DNA from: Clostridia bacterium
GTDB lineage: Bacteria; Bacillota; Clostridia; Oscillospirales; CAG-272
Direction of reading: 5' to 3'
DNA: 64,000 nt
Assembly: GCA_017411745.1 (NCBI GenBank)
Contig: JAFQPM010000002.1
Span: 79,810 to 143,809, forward strand
Shown: in pieces, positions 10,358 to 19,004 of the stretch
How the letters are laid out: every line of letters begins with the position of its first letter
Position numbering within the stretch: the stretch's first letter is position 1
Program-made: the position numbers and the translations under genes
Notes under the pieces: model-generated
The model's input: only the letters and a program-made list of their open reading frames with translations
Told to the model about the DNA's origin: nothing
Databases searched by the model: none

Positions 10358-12298
10358 TTATCTTCTCTTTTCTGCAATCTCAAGAAGAAGCTCGCTGATA
10401 AACTGATCGGGAGACATAGCGCCCTTTTCGCCGTCTTTTCTGGAACGAACCGCAACCGTGTTGCTTTCGACCTCCTTGGCACCAACTACTATCATGTAAG
10501 GCACCTTTTCAAGCTGAGCGTTACGGAGCTTATATCCGATGGTTTCGTTTCTTCTGTCGACCTCGACTCTTACACCAAGGTTTGTCAGCTTTCTTGCGAT
10601 ATCTTCGCAATATTCGATCTGCTCGTCACCAATAGGAAGCATCTTGACCTGAACGGGAGCCATCCAAGTGGGAAGTGCGCCTGCATACTTTTCAAGAAGG
10701 AGCGCGAGAGTTCTCTCGTAGCAACCAAGAGACGTGCGGTGTATGATATACGGAGTTTTCATCGTGTTGTCGGAATCAACGTATTCCATACCAAATTTCT
10801 TAGCAAGGAGCATATCAACCTGGATGGTTACGATGGTATCCTCTTTACCGAACACGTTTTTGCACTGTATATCGAGTTTAGGACCGTAGAATGCAGCCTC
10901 ATCGATACCGATAACGTAATTATCGCGTCCGAGATATGTGTCAAGAAGCTCTCCCATTATAGTTTGAGCCTCATCCCATTGCTCGGGTGTTCCCTCGTAT
11001 TTATCGGTGCGATTTGGATCCCACTGTGAGAAGCGGAAAGTGCAGTCCTCCCAAAGTCCGACTGTTTCAAGAACATATTTTGCGAGATCAATGCATCCCT
11101 TAAATTCCTCAGCAAGCTGCTCCGGACGGAGGATATAATGTCCCTCTGAAATTGTAAACTGACGCACACGGATAAGACCGTGCATCTCACCGCTATCCTC
11201 GTTACGGAAGAGCGTGGACGTCTCTGTCAGACGCATAGGAAGATCTCTGTATGAACGCTTCTTATTGAGGAACACCTGATACTGGAAGGGGCAAGTCATA
11301 GGACGAAGTGCAAAACAATCCTTTGATTCATCATCTGCATCTCCGTAGATAAACATACCATCCCTGTAGTGATCCCAGTGTCCTGAAATCTTATAAAGAT
11401 CTCTCTTTGCCATAAGAGGCGTTTTGGTGAGCTGACATCCTCTTCTCTGCTCCTCATCCTCGATCCAACGCTGAAGGGTCTGGATAACGCGCGCGCCCTT
11501 AGGCATGATTATAGGAAGACCCTGTCCAATGGAATCAACAGTCGTAAAATATTCAAGCTCACGACCGATCTTGTTGTGGTCGCGCTTTCTTGCTTCTTCA
11601 AGCATCGTAACGTATGCGTTAAGCTCATCTTTTGTCGGGAAAGCAATACCGTAAACTCTCTGAAGCTGCTTGTTGTTCTGATCACCCTTCCAATAAGCGC
11701 CCGTGCACTGTGTCAACTTGAATGCCTTGACTGCGCCAGTAGCAAAAAGATGAGGTCCTGCACAGAGATCGGTGAATTCACCCTGACGGTAGAAGCTGAT
11801 CGTCTCACCCTCAGGAAGCTCCTCAATGAGCTGAACCTTATAGGGCTCGTTCTTTTCGGTCATAAATGCGATAGCCTCGTCGCGAGGAAGCTCGAAGCGC
11901 TCAATTTTATGGTTTTCCTTGACGATCTTCTTCATCTCGCTCTCAAGATTTTTCAATATCTCGGGAGTGAAAGGAACGTCGCTGTCAAAATCGTAGTAGA
12001 ATCCGTCGTCGATGGCGGGACCGATGGTGAGCTTAGTTTCGGGATAAAGTCTCTTTACTGCCTGAGCAAGAATATGAGACGCGGTGTGTCTGAAGACGTG
12101 CGCTCCCTCCTTGTCTGCAAAAGTCAGAAGCTGTACGTCTGCATCTGCACCGATCTCATAATTAAGAGCAACGGTTTCACCGTTAACACTTGCGGCGATA
12201 ACGCTTCTCTCTACCATTCCAAATGCCTCCTTAGCGGCATCGTATACCGTCACGGGAGCATCGGATTCAAAAATTTGTGAACCAAAATTGATTTTCAT
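10358..12298 (-). CDS. thrS: threonine--tRNA ligase
   Basis: 646 aa. TGS-like N-terminus, editing-domain motif FRHTASHILAQA, a class II catalytic core and IIHRTSLGCYERT. Preceded by a T-box leader with a Thr specifier. Confidence 0.95.
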   Translation of the reverse strand: MKINFGSQIFESDAPVTVYDAAKEAFGMVERSVIAASVNGETVALNYEIGADADVQLLTFADKEGAHVFRHTASHILAQAVKRLYPETKLTIGPAIDDGFYYDFDSDVPFTPEILKNLESEMKKIVKENHKIERFELPRDEAIAFMTEKNEPYKVQLIEELPEGETISFYRQGEFTDLCAGPHLFATGAVKAFKLTQCTGAYWKGDQNNKQLQRVYGIAFPTKDELNAYVTMLEEARKRDHNKIGRELEYFTTVDSIGQGLPIIMPKGARVIQTLQRWIEDEEQRRGCQLTKTPLMAKRDLYKISGHWDHYRDGMFIYGDADDESKDCFALRPMTCPFQYQVFLNKKRSYRDLPMRLTETSTLFRNEDSGEMHGLIRVRQFTISEGHYILRPEQLAEEFKGCIDLAKYVLETVGLWEDCTFRFSQWDPNRTDKYEGTPEQWDEAQTIMGELLDTYLGRDNYVIGIDEAAFYGPKLDIQCKNVFGKEDTIVTIQVDMLLAKKFGMEYVDSDNTMKTPYIIHRTSLGCYERTLALLLEKYAGALPTWMAPVQVKMLPIGDEQIEYCEDIARKLTNLGVRVEVDRRNETIGYKLRNAQLEKVPYMIVVGAKEVESNTVAVRSRKDGEKGAMSPDQFISELLLEIAEKRR

Positions 12299-12348
12299 TG
12301 TTTTTACCTTTTCCTTTGTTATAGTTTGTATTTTAATATTTTTACACT

Positions 12349-12520
12349 AAAAAACACCCCGAACACAAAACTGTGTTCGGGGTGCAATGGTATGCACGGT
12401 TCCACCCGAGCTTTTAACTCATTTTTATTAAATTGCACGCGAAAGTGGTATCCTAAATAACAGCGCAAAAAACTTTCAGCATGCGTTTTCTCTCTGTGTA
12501 CGCTTAATTAAATAGAACGT
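12349..12520 (-). promoter_or_regulatory. T-box riboswitch leader, Thr (ACC) specifier, controlling thrS
   Basis: The minus strand reads ...AGAGAGAAAACGCAUGCUGAAAG...GGAUACCACUUUCGC...AAGCUCGGGUGGAACCGUGCA... followed by a terminator. The T-box sequence GGGUGGAACCGUGC is at 12394-12407. The ACC codon followed by a purine is at 12447-12449 (ggt on the plus strand). The terminator is a perfect 13-bp stem (12355-12367 pairs with 12372-12384) followed by a U-run. Confidence 0.88.
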
Positions 12521-12539
12521 GTCTTTCGGTATTTTGTCG

Positions 12540-12974
12540 TCAGCGGTTTCTGTTATAACTGGAGGTTGGATTGACAAGCTCGCGCCAGCTGAGATCGCCA
12601 CGATCGAGCGCCATAATTATAACCTCTGCGGTTGCAATGTTGGTAGCAACGGGGATGTTATAGCGGTCGCAAGCCAAAAGCAACTCTCTTTCGATCTTGT
12701 CGTGCTCTGAGTACATATCAGATGAGGGACGAGTGTCGCGGAAATATATCAGTACGTCGATCTCGTTATAAGCGATCCTCGATGCTATCTGCTGTTCTCC
12801 ACCCTGCTCTCCACTAAGCATTTTTTCTATCTTAAGACCGGTTGCGTCGGATATATATTTAGCCGTAATTCCGGTAGCACATATATTGTGTTTACTCAAA
12901 ATACCACAATATGCGATACAGAATTGCGTGATAAGTTCTTTTTTCATGTCATGTGCTATAATCGCTATTTCCAT
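12540..12974 (-). CDS. mgsA: methylglyoxal synthase
   Basis: 144 aa MGS-like fold. IAIIAHDMKKE at the N-terminus and a GGEQQIASRI motif region. GGAGG RBS 6 nt upstream. Confidence 0.85.
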   Translation of the reverse strand: MEIAIIAHDMKKELITQFCIAYCGILSKHNICATGITAKYISDATGLKIEKMLSGEQGGEQQIASRIAYNEIDVLIYFRDTRPSSDMYSEHDKIERELLLACDRYNIPVATNIATAEVIIMALDRGDLSWRELVNPTSSYNRNR

Positions 12975-13019
12975 ATAGATCCTCCGTGGTTTTTTGCCTT
13001 TTAGACTTTAATTACCTAA

Positions 13020-13048
13020 ATTATATCACAAAGTTATAAATTTGTCAA
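13020..13048 (-). promoter_or_regulatory. sigma-70-type promoter for mgsA (TTGACA-17-TATAAT)
   Basis: On the minus strand TTGACA is at 13048-13043, followed by a 17-nt spacer and TATAAT at 13025-13020. Both hexamers match the consensus perfectly. Confidence 0.7.
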
Positions 13049-13102
13049 TCACCCTACACAAATTTTATTTGATTTTTCTTTATGACTGATAATAGCAGTT
13101 TT

Positions 13103-13588
13103 TTACTCTTTGTCCTCTCGATTTTGACATCTTGAACATACACCCGATTTCTTTGCTTCCAAGGCTTCTTCAACAGTTCCCGATAATATCTCGGATGAAG
13201 ATTTTATATATCCACAATCTTTATAAAGGTGGTAAACTCCGCCGCCTTTTGTCCAGTAAACGGTATTGTCGGGTTCCTCCTCGTCTTTTTTGATGGAATC
13301 TTCTATTTCGGAACTATCCGATTCGTTTGATTCGGTTTCTCCATTAACCGTTCCGTCGGCTTCGTCCTTGATCGTTATGTCGCTTGTATCTCGATTTGTT
13401 TCATCGGATTTAGTTGCTTCTGCCTTTTCACCGATTATTTCTGATCTCATAGATGACATTAGTTCGTCGTCAAGCATTTGTCCACCGCTATAAGTTGGGT
13501 TAGATGACCAAAACATAGAGCACGATGGCAAAACGACTATCAAAATTACCAATGCAATGCATAAAAAATATTTTGTAATGTTTTTCAT
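13103..13588 (-). CDS. secreted acidic lipoprotein with C-terminal Cys/His module, function unknown
   Basis: Signal peptide with lipobox (LVILIVVLPSC), a long Asp/Glu/Ser-rich linker and a C-terminal motif VYHLYKDCGY...GVCSRCQ. AAGGA RBS. Lies 18 nt downstream of the XRE regulator gene. Confidence 0.75.
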   Translation of the reverse strand: MKNITKYFLCIALVILIVVLPSCSMFWSSNPTYSGGQMLDDELMSSMRSEIIGEKAEATKSDETNRDTSDITIKDEADGTVNGETESNESDSSEIEDSIKKDEEEPDNTVYWTKGGGVYHLYKDCGYIKSSSEILSGTVEEALEAKKSGVCSRCQNREDKE

Positions 13589-13606
13589 AATTTGTCCTTT
13601 GCCGGA

Positions 13607-14515
13607 TTAATTTTCCGCGAGCATATGCTCGAGAATTTCTATTTTATTTTGAGAAAATTCGTAAGCCCCCTTGTAATCGTTCATTTCTCTAAAGCATATT
13701 TCCATATCAGAGCATGCGAGGTACAGAAGCAGCCTTGGAGGAACTTCTTCGGAGTCGATTACTTGATATAACAGCTTTAATGCCGCTTGATAATTGTTCA
13801 TCCGTATAAGGCTTCTTGCTTTAAGATGTAGAATGAAAAGTTGATCGATATTTGAAAGTCTGACGTTTTGAATTTTGGACACATCATCAACAAAGGCATC
13901 GTATTTGTCCTCGTTAAGAATAACGGTTATATATTTACACAGAACGCTATCGAAAATAGCAGGATGAAAAAGATCTTCGCTTATGATCGTATCTGTTTCA
14001 TTGGAATCAAGCGCAGGAGATATCTCTTTTAACATCTCAAATATTACTGAAGCGGCATTTCTTTGAGTAACGGTGTTAAACATTGTTCTTGTAGAGTGAA
14101 GTATGGCTTCATCAAGAAAATCACGCGCTTTCTGAAGTCGACCTTCCTTCACACTGTTCTCTGCAACACCGAGGCAACAGTCGGTCAGTATAAGCTCAAG
14201 CTCGTCGTCAAATTCATTAAAGGACGAAAGACATATATCACGGCAAAGTTCAAAATTTCCGTCGGTATATGCTCGACGGATATTTTTCATAACGCTCGTT
14301 TTATTGTAAATGAATTCTTCCTCTCCCTCGGAAAGCAGATATCCTGCAGGAACACCTAATCTGCTAGCAAGATATACGACGGTGCTAAGCGATGGCAATG
14401 CGGCACCATTCTCTATTCTGCTGAGCATATTCCTTGTGATCTCCGATCCTGCGAGTTCGGACTGGGTCATAAGCTTTTCGGTGCGCAGCTGCTTGATTTT
14501 ACTTCCAATATCCAT
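13607..14515 (-). CDS. XRE-family HTH transcriptional regulator with helical-repeat (TPR-like) C-terminal domain
   Basis: N-terminal HTH IKQLRTEKLMTQSELAGSEITRNMLSRIENG. The roughly 230 aa C-terminal region is rich in helical repeats (YQAALKLLYQVI, YKGAYEFSQNKIEILE). Confidence 0.8.
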   Translation of the reverse strand: MDIGSKIKQLRTEKLMTQSELAGSEITRNMLSRIENGAALPSLSTVVYLASRLGVPAGYLLSEGEEEFIYNKTSVMKNIRRAYTDGNFELCRDICLSSFNEFDDELELILTDCCLGVAENSVKEGRLQKARDFLDEAILHSTRTMFNTVTQRNAASVIFEMLKEISPALDSNETDTIISEDLFHPAIFDSVLCKYITVILNEDKYDAFVDDVSKIQNVRLSNIDQLFILHLKARSLIRMNNYQAALKLLYQVIDSEEVPPRLLLYLACSDMEICFREMNDYKGAYEFSQNKIEILEHMLAEN

Positions 14516-14528
14516 GTTATCCCCTGTG

Positions 14529-14543
14529 GTAAATGTAATTTAC
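14529..14543. promoter_or_regulatory. 6-3-6 palindrome GTAAAT-GTA-ATTTAC in the 5' UTR of the XRE regulator gene (candidate operator)
   Basis: Perfect inverted repeat between the predicted -10 (14550-14555) and the RBS/start at 14515. Confidence 0.35.
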
Positions 14544-14549
14544 TTTTCT

Positions 14550-14578
14550 ATTATAGCATATATACTTCAAGAATGCAA
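14550..14578 (-). promoter_or_regulatory. sigma-70-type promoter for the XRE regulator operon (TTGCAT-17-TATAAT)
   Basis: On the minus strand TTGCAT is at 14578-14573, followed by a 17-nt spacer and TATAAT at 14555-14550. Confidence 0.6.
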
Positions 14579-14614
14579 CCCATTCTTTGAAAAATATTAG
14601 GCCAATAATGCAAT

Positions 14615-14650
14615 AAAAAACCGTCGCTGATATTTCAGCGACGGTTTTTT
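14615..14650 (-). terminator. intrinsic terminator after the MsmX-like ATPase gene
   Basis: Perfect 10-bp stem CCGTCGCTGA/TCAGCGACGG (14621-14630 pairs with 14635-14644) with a 4-nt loop. It is flanked by an A6 and a T6 run. Confidence 0.85.
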
Positions 14651-14663
14651 ATGTAGCACCGAA

Positions 14664-15776
14664 TTAGTGAACGATGCACTTTTCAGTATCCTTATCAAAG
14701 ATATGCATTCTTGCAGTATCAATAGCGATCTTAATGGTATCGCCTGCACGAGAAGTAGATCTCGGAGATACTCTTGCAGTAAGCTTGGTCTCGCCGATAA
14801 CGAGGTAGAGATATATCTCAGCACCCATAAGCTCGGTAACTTCAACGTAAGCGTCAACAGTGCTGTCCTCAAGTGCGGAGATCTGTGCGGGCTGGTCGTG
14901 AATACTTTCGGGACGAATACCCACAACAACTTCCTGACCTATGTATTCCTTAAGTGCGGGATCATTAGCCTTTTCTGTGGGAACCTTAATGGAGTTACCC
15001 TCGAACTCAAAGTGAACGTCCTCGCCCTTCTTAACAAGAGTACCGTTGATAAAGTTCATCTGAGGAGTTCCGATAAATCCTGCAACGAACATGTTAACGG
15101 GATTATCATAGAGGTGCTGGGGAGTATCTACCTGCTGAATAAGACCGTCCTTCATAACAACGATTCTGGAAGCCATGGTCATAGCCTCTACCTGGTCGTG
15201 AGTAACGTATACGAAGGTTGTCTCAACTCTCTGGTGAAGCTTGGTAAGCTCGGTTCTCATGGTTGCACGAAGCTTTGCGTCAAGGTTGGAAAGAGGCTCG
15301 TCGAGAAGGAATACCATAGGGTTACGAACGATAGCACGACCGAGCGCAACACGCTGCTTCTGACCTCCGGAGAGAGCCTTGGGCTTTCTGTCGAGAAGGT
15401 GGGTGATATCAAGGATTCTAGCTGCCTCTTCAACACGTCTCTTGATCTCTTCCTTAGGAGTCTTGTTAAGCTTAAGACCGAACGCCATGTTTTCGGAAAC
15501 GGTCATATGAGGATAAAGAGCGTAGTTCTGGAACACCATCGCGATCTTTCTATCCTTAGGAGCAACGTCGTTTACGAGACGGTCGCCGATAAAGAGCTCA
15601 CCCTCGGAAATTTCTTCGAGACCTGCGATCATACGAAGAGTTGTGGACTTACCGCAACCGGAAGGACCTACGAGGACGATAAATTCCTTGTCCTTTATCT
15701 CAAGGTTGAAGTCAGATACGGCGGTAACGCCACCGGGATACTTCTTATAAATATGTCTGAGAGACAAGCTTGCCAT
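14664..15776 (-). CDS. msmX: ABC transporter ATP-binding protein, MsmX/MalK/UgpC-type sugar-import ATPase (no permease or binding protein nearby)
   Basis: Walker A GPSGCGKST, signature LSGGQKQRVALGRA and Walker B LLDEPLSNLD. The C-terminal regulatory domain is MalK-like. GGAGG RBS. Confidence 0.9.
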   Translation of the reverse strand: MASLSLRHIYKKYPGGVTAVSDFNLEIKDKEFIVLVGPSGCGKSTTLRMIAGLEEISEGELFIGDRLVNDVAPKDRKIAMVFQNYALYPHMTVSENMAFGLKLNKTPKEEIKRRVEEAARILDITHLLDRKPKALSGGQKQRVALGRAIVRNPMVFLLDEPLSNLDAKLRATMRTELTKLHQRVETTFVYVTHDQVEAMTMASRIVVMKDGLIQQVDTPQHLYDNPVNMFVAGFIGTPQMNFINGTLVKKGEDVHFEFEGNSIKVPTEKANDPALKEYIGQEVVVGIRPESIHDQPAQISALEDSTVDAYVEVTELMGAEIYLYLVIGETKLTARVSPRSTSRAGDTIKIAIDTARMHIFDKDTEKCIVH

Positions 15777-15903
15777 TTGTTTTATTCCTCCTGAAATAAT
15801 ATTTGTGCGTTTAGTGACAAAACTTTATTTTTTAACATTATAATTTTACCAAAAAACACAGCATTTTTAAAGAGCATTATTATCCAAAATTACAAGCTCG
15901 ATT

Positions 15904-15920
15904 TTGTGAATAATTCACAA
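15904..15920. promoter_or_regulatory. perfect 17-bp palindrome TTGTGAAT-A-ATTCACAA (candidate transcription-factor site)
   Basis: Exact inverted repeat in the tex/msmX intergenic region, about 130 nt upstream of the msmX start. Confidence 0.4.
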
Positions 15921-15977
15921 TGAGCTGTTAATTATTGTGATTTCGGTGTGATATTAACGCGTTCTCGCGTTAATAAA

Positions 15978-18131
15978 TTAAAGTTTCATAGACAGGGATA
16001 TTCTCTTTTTCTTAACGTCTACCGCCAAAACCTTAACTTTTACGATATCCCCTACAGAAAGCTCCTCAGAGGGATGCTTTATATATCTGTCGCAAATCTG
16101 AGAGATGTGAACGAGGCCGTCTTGATGTACGCCGATGTCTACAAAAGCACCAAAGTCGATAACGTTTCGTACTGTTCCCGTGAGCACCATATCGGGCTTA
16201 AGATCCTCGAGGTCGAGAATGTCATCGCGAAGAATGGGGGGCGGCAAAGAGTCGCGCACGTCGCGACCGGGCTTTTCAAGCTCTCCGATTATGTCTATGA
16301 GCGTCGGTTCGCCTATGCCAAGTTTTTCGGCGATCTTCCCTGTTCCGCTCTTATTGACTTGAGTGCGGAGATTACGAAGCTGTCCCTGACGAACGTCGTC
16401 GACGGTGTAGCCGAACATTTCAAGCAGAGCCTTTGCCGCATCGTATGATTCGGGGTGAACTCCCGTATTATCGAGAATCTCTTTGGAGTCGGGCACGCGT
16501 AAAAATCCCGCGCACTGCTCAAACGCCTTGTCTCCGATTCTGGGAACCTTCTTTATCTGTGCTCTCGACGTGAATTCGCCGTTCTCTTCTCTGTATTTTA
16601 CAATATTCTTTGCGCTGGTGGCGTTTATTCCCGCGATATATGCGAGAAGCGAGTGAGATGCGGTATTTACGTCAACTCCGACCGAGTTAACGCAGTCCTC
16701 AACGACACCCGTGAGCGCCGTGTCAAGTCTTGCGGGCTTCATGTCGTGCTGATATTGACCGACACCGATAGATTTGGGATCGATCTTTACAAGCTCCGCA
16801 AGCGGATCCTGAAGCCTGCGCGCGATAGATACCGCAGAACGCTGCATAACGTCGAAATCGGGAAATTCCTCTGTCGCAAGCTTGGATGCGGAGTAAATAG
16901 AAGCTCCCGCCTCGTTGACTACGATATATTTACAGTTTGCCTCGGGTATCTCCTTGAGAAGTCCCGCGATAAATATCTCGCTTTCCTTGGACGCCGTTCC
17001 GTTACCGATCGAGATAACGTCAACGTGGTGCTTTCTGATAAGTCCTTTTACTACTCTGGTCGCTTCCTCGATTCTCTGACGGGGCTTTGTGGGATAAATG
17101 ACCGCGGTGTCAAGCACCTTACCCGTTTTGTCAACGACTGCGAGCTTACAGCCGTTTACGTATCCGGGGTCGAATCCGAGCACGGTCTTGCCCTTCAGGG
17201 GCGACTGCATAAGCAGGTGTCCGAGGTTATCCGCAAAGACCTTGATGGCGCCCTCGGAGGCGTTGTCGAACATATCGTTGCGGATCTCTCGCTCGATGGA
17301 CGGAGCGATCAGTCTTTCGTATCCGTCGACTATTGCCGCCGATACGTATTTATAAGCGGGGCTAGCAGGCTCGGTAACGACGCAGTTGTGCAGATAATTG
17401 AGCACGATATCAGAGGATATTTCCACAGATACCTTAAGAAATTCCTCTTTTTCTCCGCGGTTGATCGCAAGAATGCGGTGTCCGGGGATCTTTTTGAGGG
17501 GCTCGCTGTACTCGTAGTACTGTGCATATACAGAGTCCTCCTCCTTAGCCTTAGTTACGTTGAGTACGCCGTAATCAAAGGTCTGCGAACGGAGCGCCTT
17601 TCTGTATTCGGCATTATCGGAGACATCCTCTGCGATTATATCGCACGCTCCCGCGAGCGCGGCGCTGACGTCGGGCACACTTTTTTCTTCACTGACGAAC
17701 GCCTGTGCAGATTCTTCTATAGGGGGGACGTATTCGAGTCTTTGTTCCATAAGAAGCTTGGCAAGGTCCTCAAGACCTCTTTCTCTTGCAACCGATGCTC
17801 TCGTCTTTCTCTTGGGTCTGAAGGGACGGTATATATCGTCGACCTCGGTGATCGTTTTCGCGTTAAGGATAGCCGCTTCGATCTCGGGGGTAAGGTTGCC
17901 CTGCGCTTCGATGAGTGACTTGACCTCTTCCTTTCGCTTTTCGATGTTACGCAGATATTCGAGTCTGTCGTTAAGGTCACGGAGCACCGCGTCGTCGAGG
18001 CTTCCCGTGACTTCCTTTCTGTATCGCGCGATAAAAGGAATGGTATCTCCGCCGTCGATAAGCTCAACGGTCTTTTTTACCTGATCCTCTTTTAATTTAA
18101 ATTCTTCGGCAAGGGTCTTGATTATATCCAT
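15978..18131 (-). CDS. tex: Tex-like transcription accessory protein (S1 RNA-binding domain protein)
   Basis: 717 aa. N-terminal IPFIARYRKE, YqgF/RuvC-like and HhH regions, and a C-terminal S1 domain GTVRNVIDFGAFVDIGVHQDGLVHISQ. Confidence 0.93.
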   Translation of the reverse strand: MDIIKTLAEEFKLKEDQVKKTVELIDGGDTIPFIARYRKEVTGSLDDAVLRDLNDRLEYLRNIEKRKEEVKSLIEAQGNLTPEIEAAILNAKTITEVDDIYRPFRPKRKTRASVARERGLEDLAKLLMEQRLEYVPPIEESAQAFVSEEKSVPDVSAALAGACDIIAEDVSDNAEYRKALRSQTFDYGVLNVTKAKEEDSVYAQYYEYSEPLKKIPGHRILAINRGEKEEFLKVSVEISSDIVLNYLHNCVVTEPASPAYKYVSAAIVDGYERLIAPSIEREIRNDMFDNASEGAIKVFADNLGHLLMQSPLKGKTVLGFDPGYVNGCKLAVVDKTGKVLDTAVIYPTKPRQRIEEATRVVKGLIRKHHVDVISIGNGTASKESEIFIAGLLKEIPEANCKYIVVNEAGASIYSASKLATEEFPDFDVMQRSAVSIARRLQDPLAELVKIDPKSIGVGQYQHDMKPARLDTALTGVVEDCVNSVGVDVNTASHSLLAYIAGINATSAKNIVKYREENGEFTSRAQIKKVPRIGDKAFEQCAGFLRVPDSKEILDNTGVHPESYDAAKALLEMFGYTVDDVRQGQLRNLRTQVNKSGTGKIAEKLGIGEPTLIDIIGELEKPGRDVRDSLPPPILRDDILDLEDLKPDMVLTGTVRNVIDFGAFVDIGVHQDGLVHISQICDRYIKHPSEELSVGDIVKVKVLAVDVKKKRISLSMKL

Positions 18132-18184
18132 TGTTTCTCCTTATATGTTGATGTAAAATAGGTTCTGTTGTAATATTGCTACGG

Positions 18185-18913
18185 TCAAGCGTGAATATCC
18201 TTAATTATCTTTCCGTGTGCTTCGAGTGATTTTTGCTCGTCCTCGGTAAGATATCTCCACTCTCCGCGTCCGAGTCCTTCGTCAAGCGCGATAGGGCCGA
18301 AGGTAACACGCTCAAGATATGTTATCTGATTGTGAACGGCTTCTGCCATAAGTTTTATCTGATGATATTTGCCTTCCGTGAGGGTTATGTATCCTTCCTT
18401 TTCTCCGATCATTTCAACTTTGCACGGCGCAGTAACATATCCCCCAATATCGACACCCGATTCGAGTGATTGCACGTCGTCCTCGCTGATCGGAAATTTT
18501 ACGGTGAATCGGTATTTTTTAGAGACGTGATTTTTGGGTGCGAGCAGCTTATGAGATAAAGGGCCGTTGTTAGTAAGTATCATAAGACCCAAGGTGTTTT
18601 TGTCAAGCCTTCCGCATGGGAAAAGACCTATTCTCTGGAGCTCGTCCGGAAGCAGAGTGATCACGGTGGGATATTTGTCGTCGTCGGTGGCGCTGACGTA
18701 GCCATCGGGCTTATTGAGCATAACGTACGTAAACTCGCGCCAGATCACCTCTTTGCCAAGATAGGTCACTTTGTCGGATGTAGGGTCGATATGACCGCTT
18801 GCGCGGCGTACAACTTGCCCATTGACCGTAACGCCGCCGTTTTTAGCTACCTTGGTTATTTCTGTCCTCGAAGCTAATCCCGATTCGACTATGAACTTGT
18901 CAAGACGCATCAT
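18185..18913 (-). CDS. pseudouridine synthase, RsuA/RluB family
   Basis: N-terminal S4 domain (MRLDKFIVESGLASR) and catalytic GRLDKNTLGLMILTNNG motif. Confidence 0.9.
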   Translation of the reverse strand: MMRLDKFIVESGLASRTEITKVAKNGGVTVNGQVVRRASGHIDPTSDKVTYLGKEVIWREFTYVMLNKPDGYVSATDDDKYPTVITLLPDELQRIGLFPCGRLDKNTLGLMILTNNGPLSHKLLAPKNHVSKKYRFTVKFPISEDDVQSLESGVDIGGYVTAPCKVEMIGEKEGYITLTEGKYHQIKLMAEAVHNQITYLERVTFGPIALDEGLGRGEWRYLTEDEQKSLEAHGKIIKDIHA

Positions 18914-19004
18914 CTCACCTCCAAAATCATCTCTTTAGATTATACCATACTTTTCTTCATTTGTAAAATAAACTTTTTATGAATTTTATTGATCACGATA
19001 AAAA

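Noticed and set aside
10270-10485. 71-aa ORF spanning the thrS 3' end and its terminator
   Set aside because: It overlaps the thrS coding sequence and the terminator hairpin, has no RBS and has low-complexity sequence.
14667-15794. 375-aa ORF on the plus strand, antisense to the MsmX-like ATPase gene
   Set aside because: It is exactly in codon register with msmX (14664-15776). The translation is Leu/Ser/Val/Asn-rich with no motif, while the sense strand has perfect Walker A, signature and Walker B motifs. It is a shadow ORF caused by rarity of TTA/CTA/TCA sense codons.
16653-17918. 421-aa ORF antisense to tex
   Set aside because: It is in register with tex (offset 675 = 3 x 225), has low-complexity Arg/Leu/Val-rich sequence and no RBS. 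tex is unambiguous.
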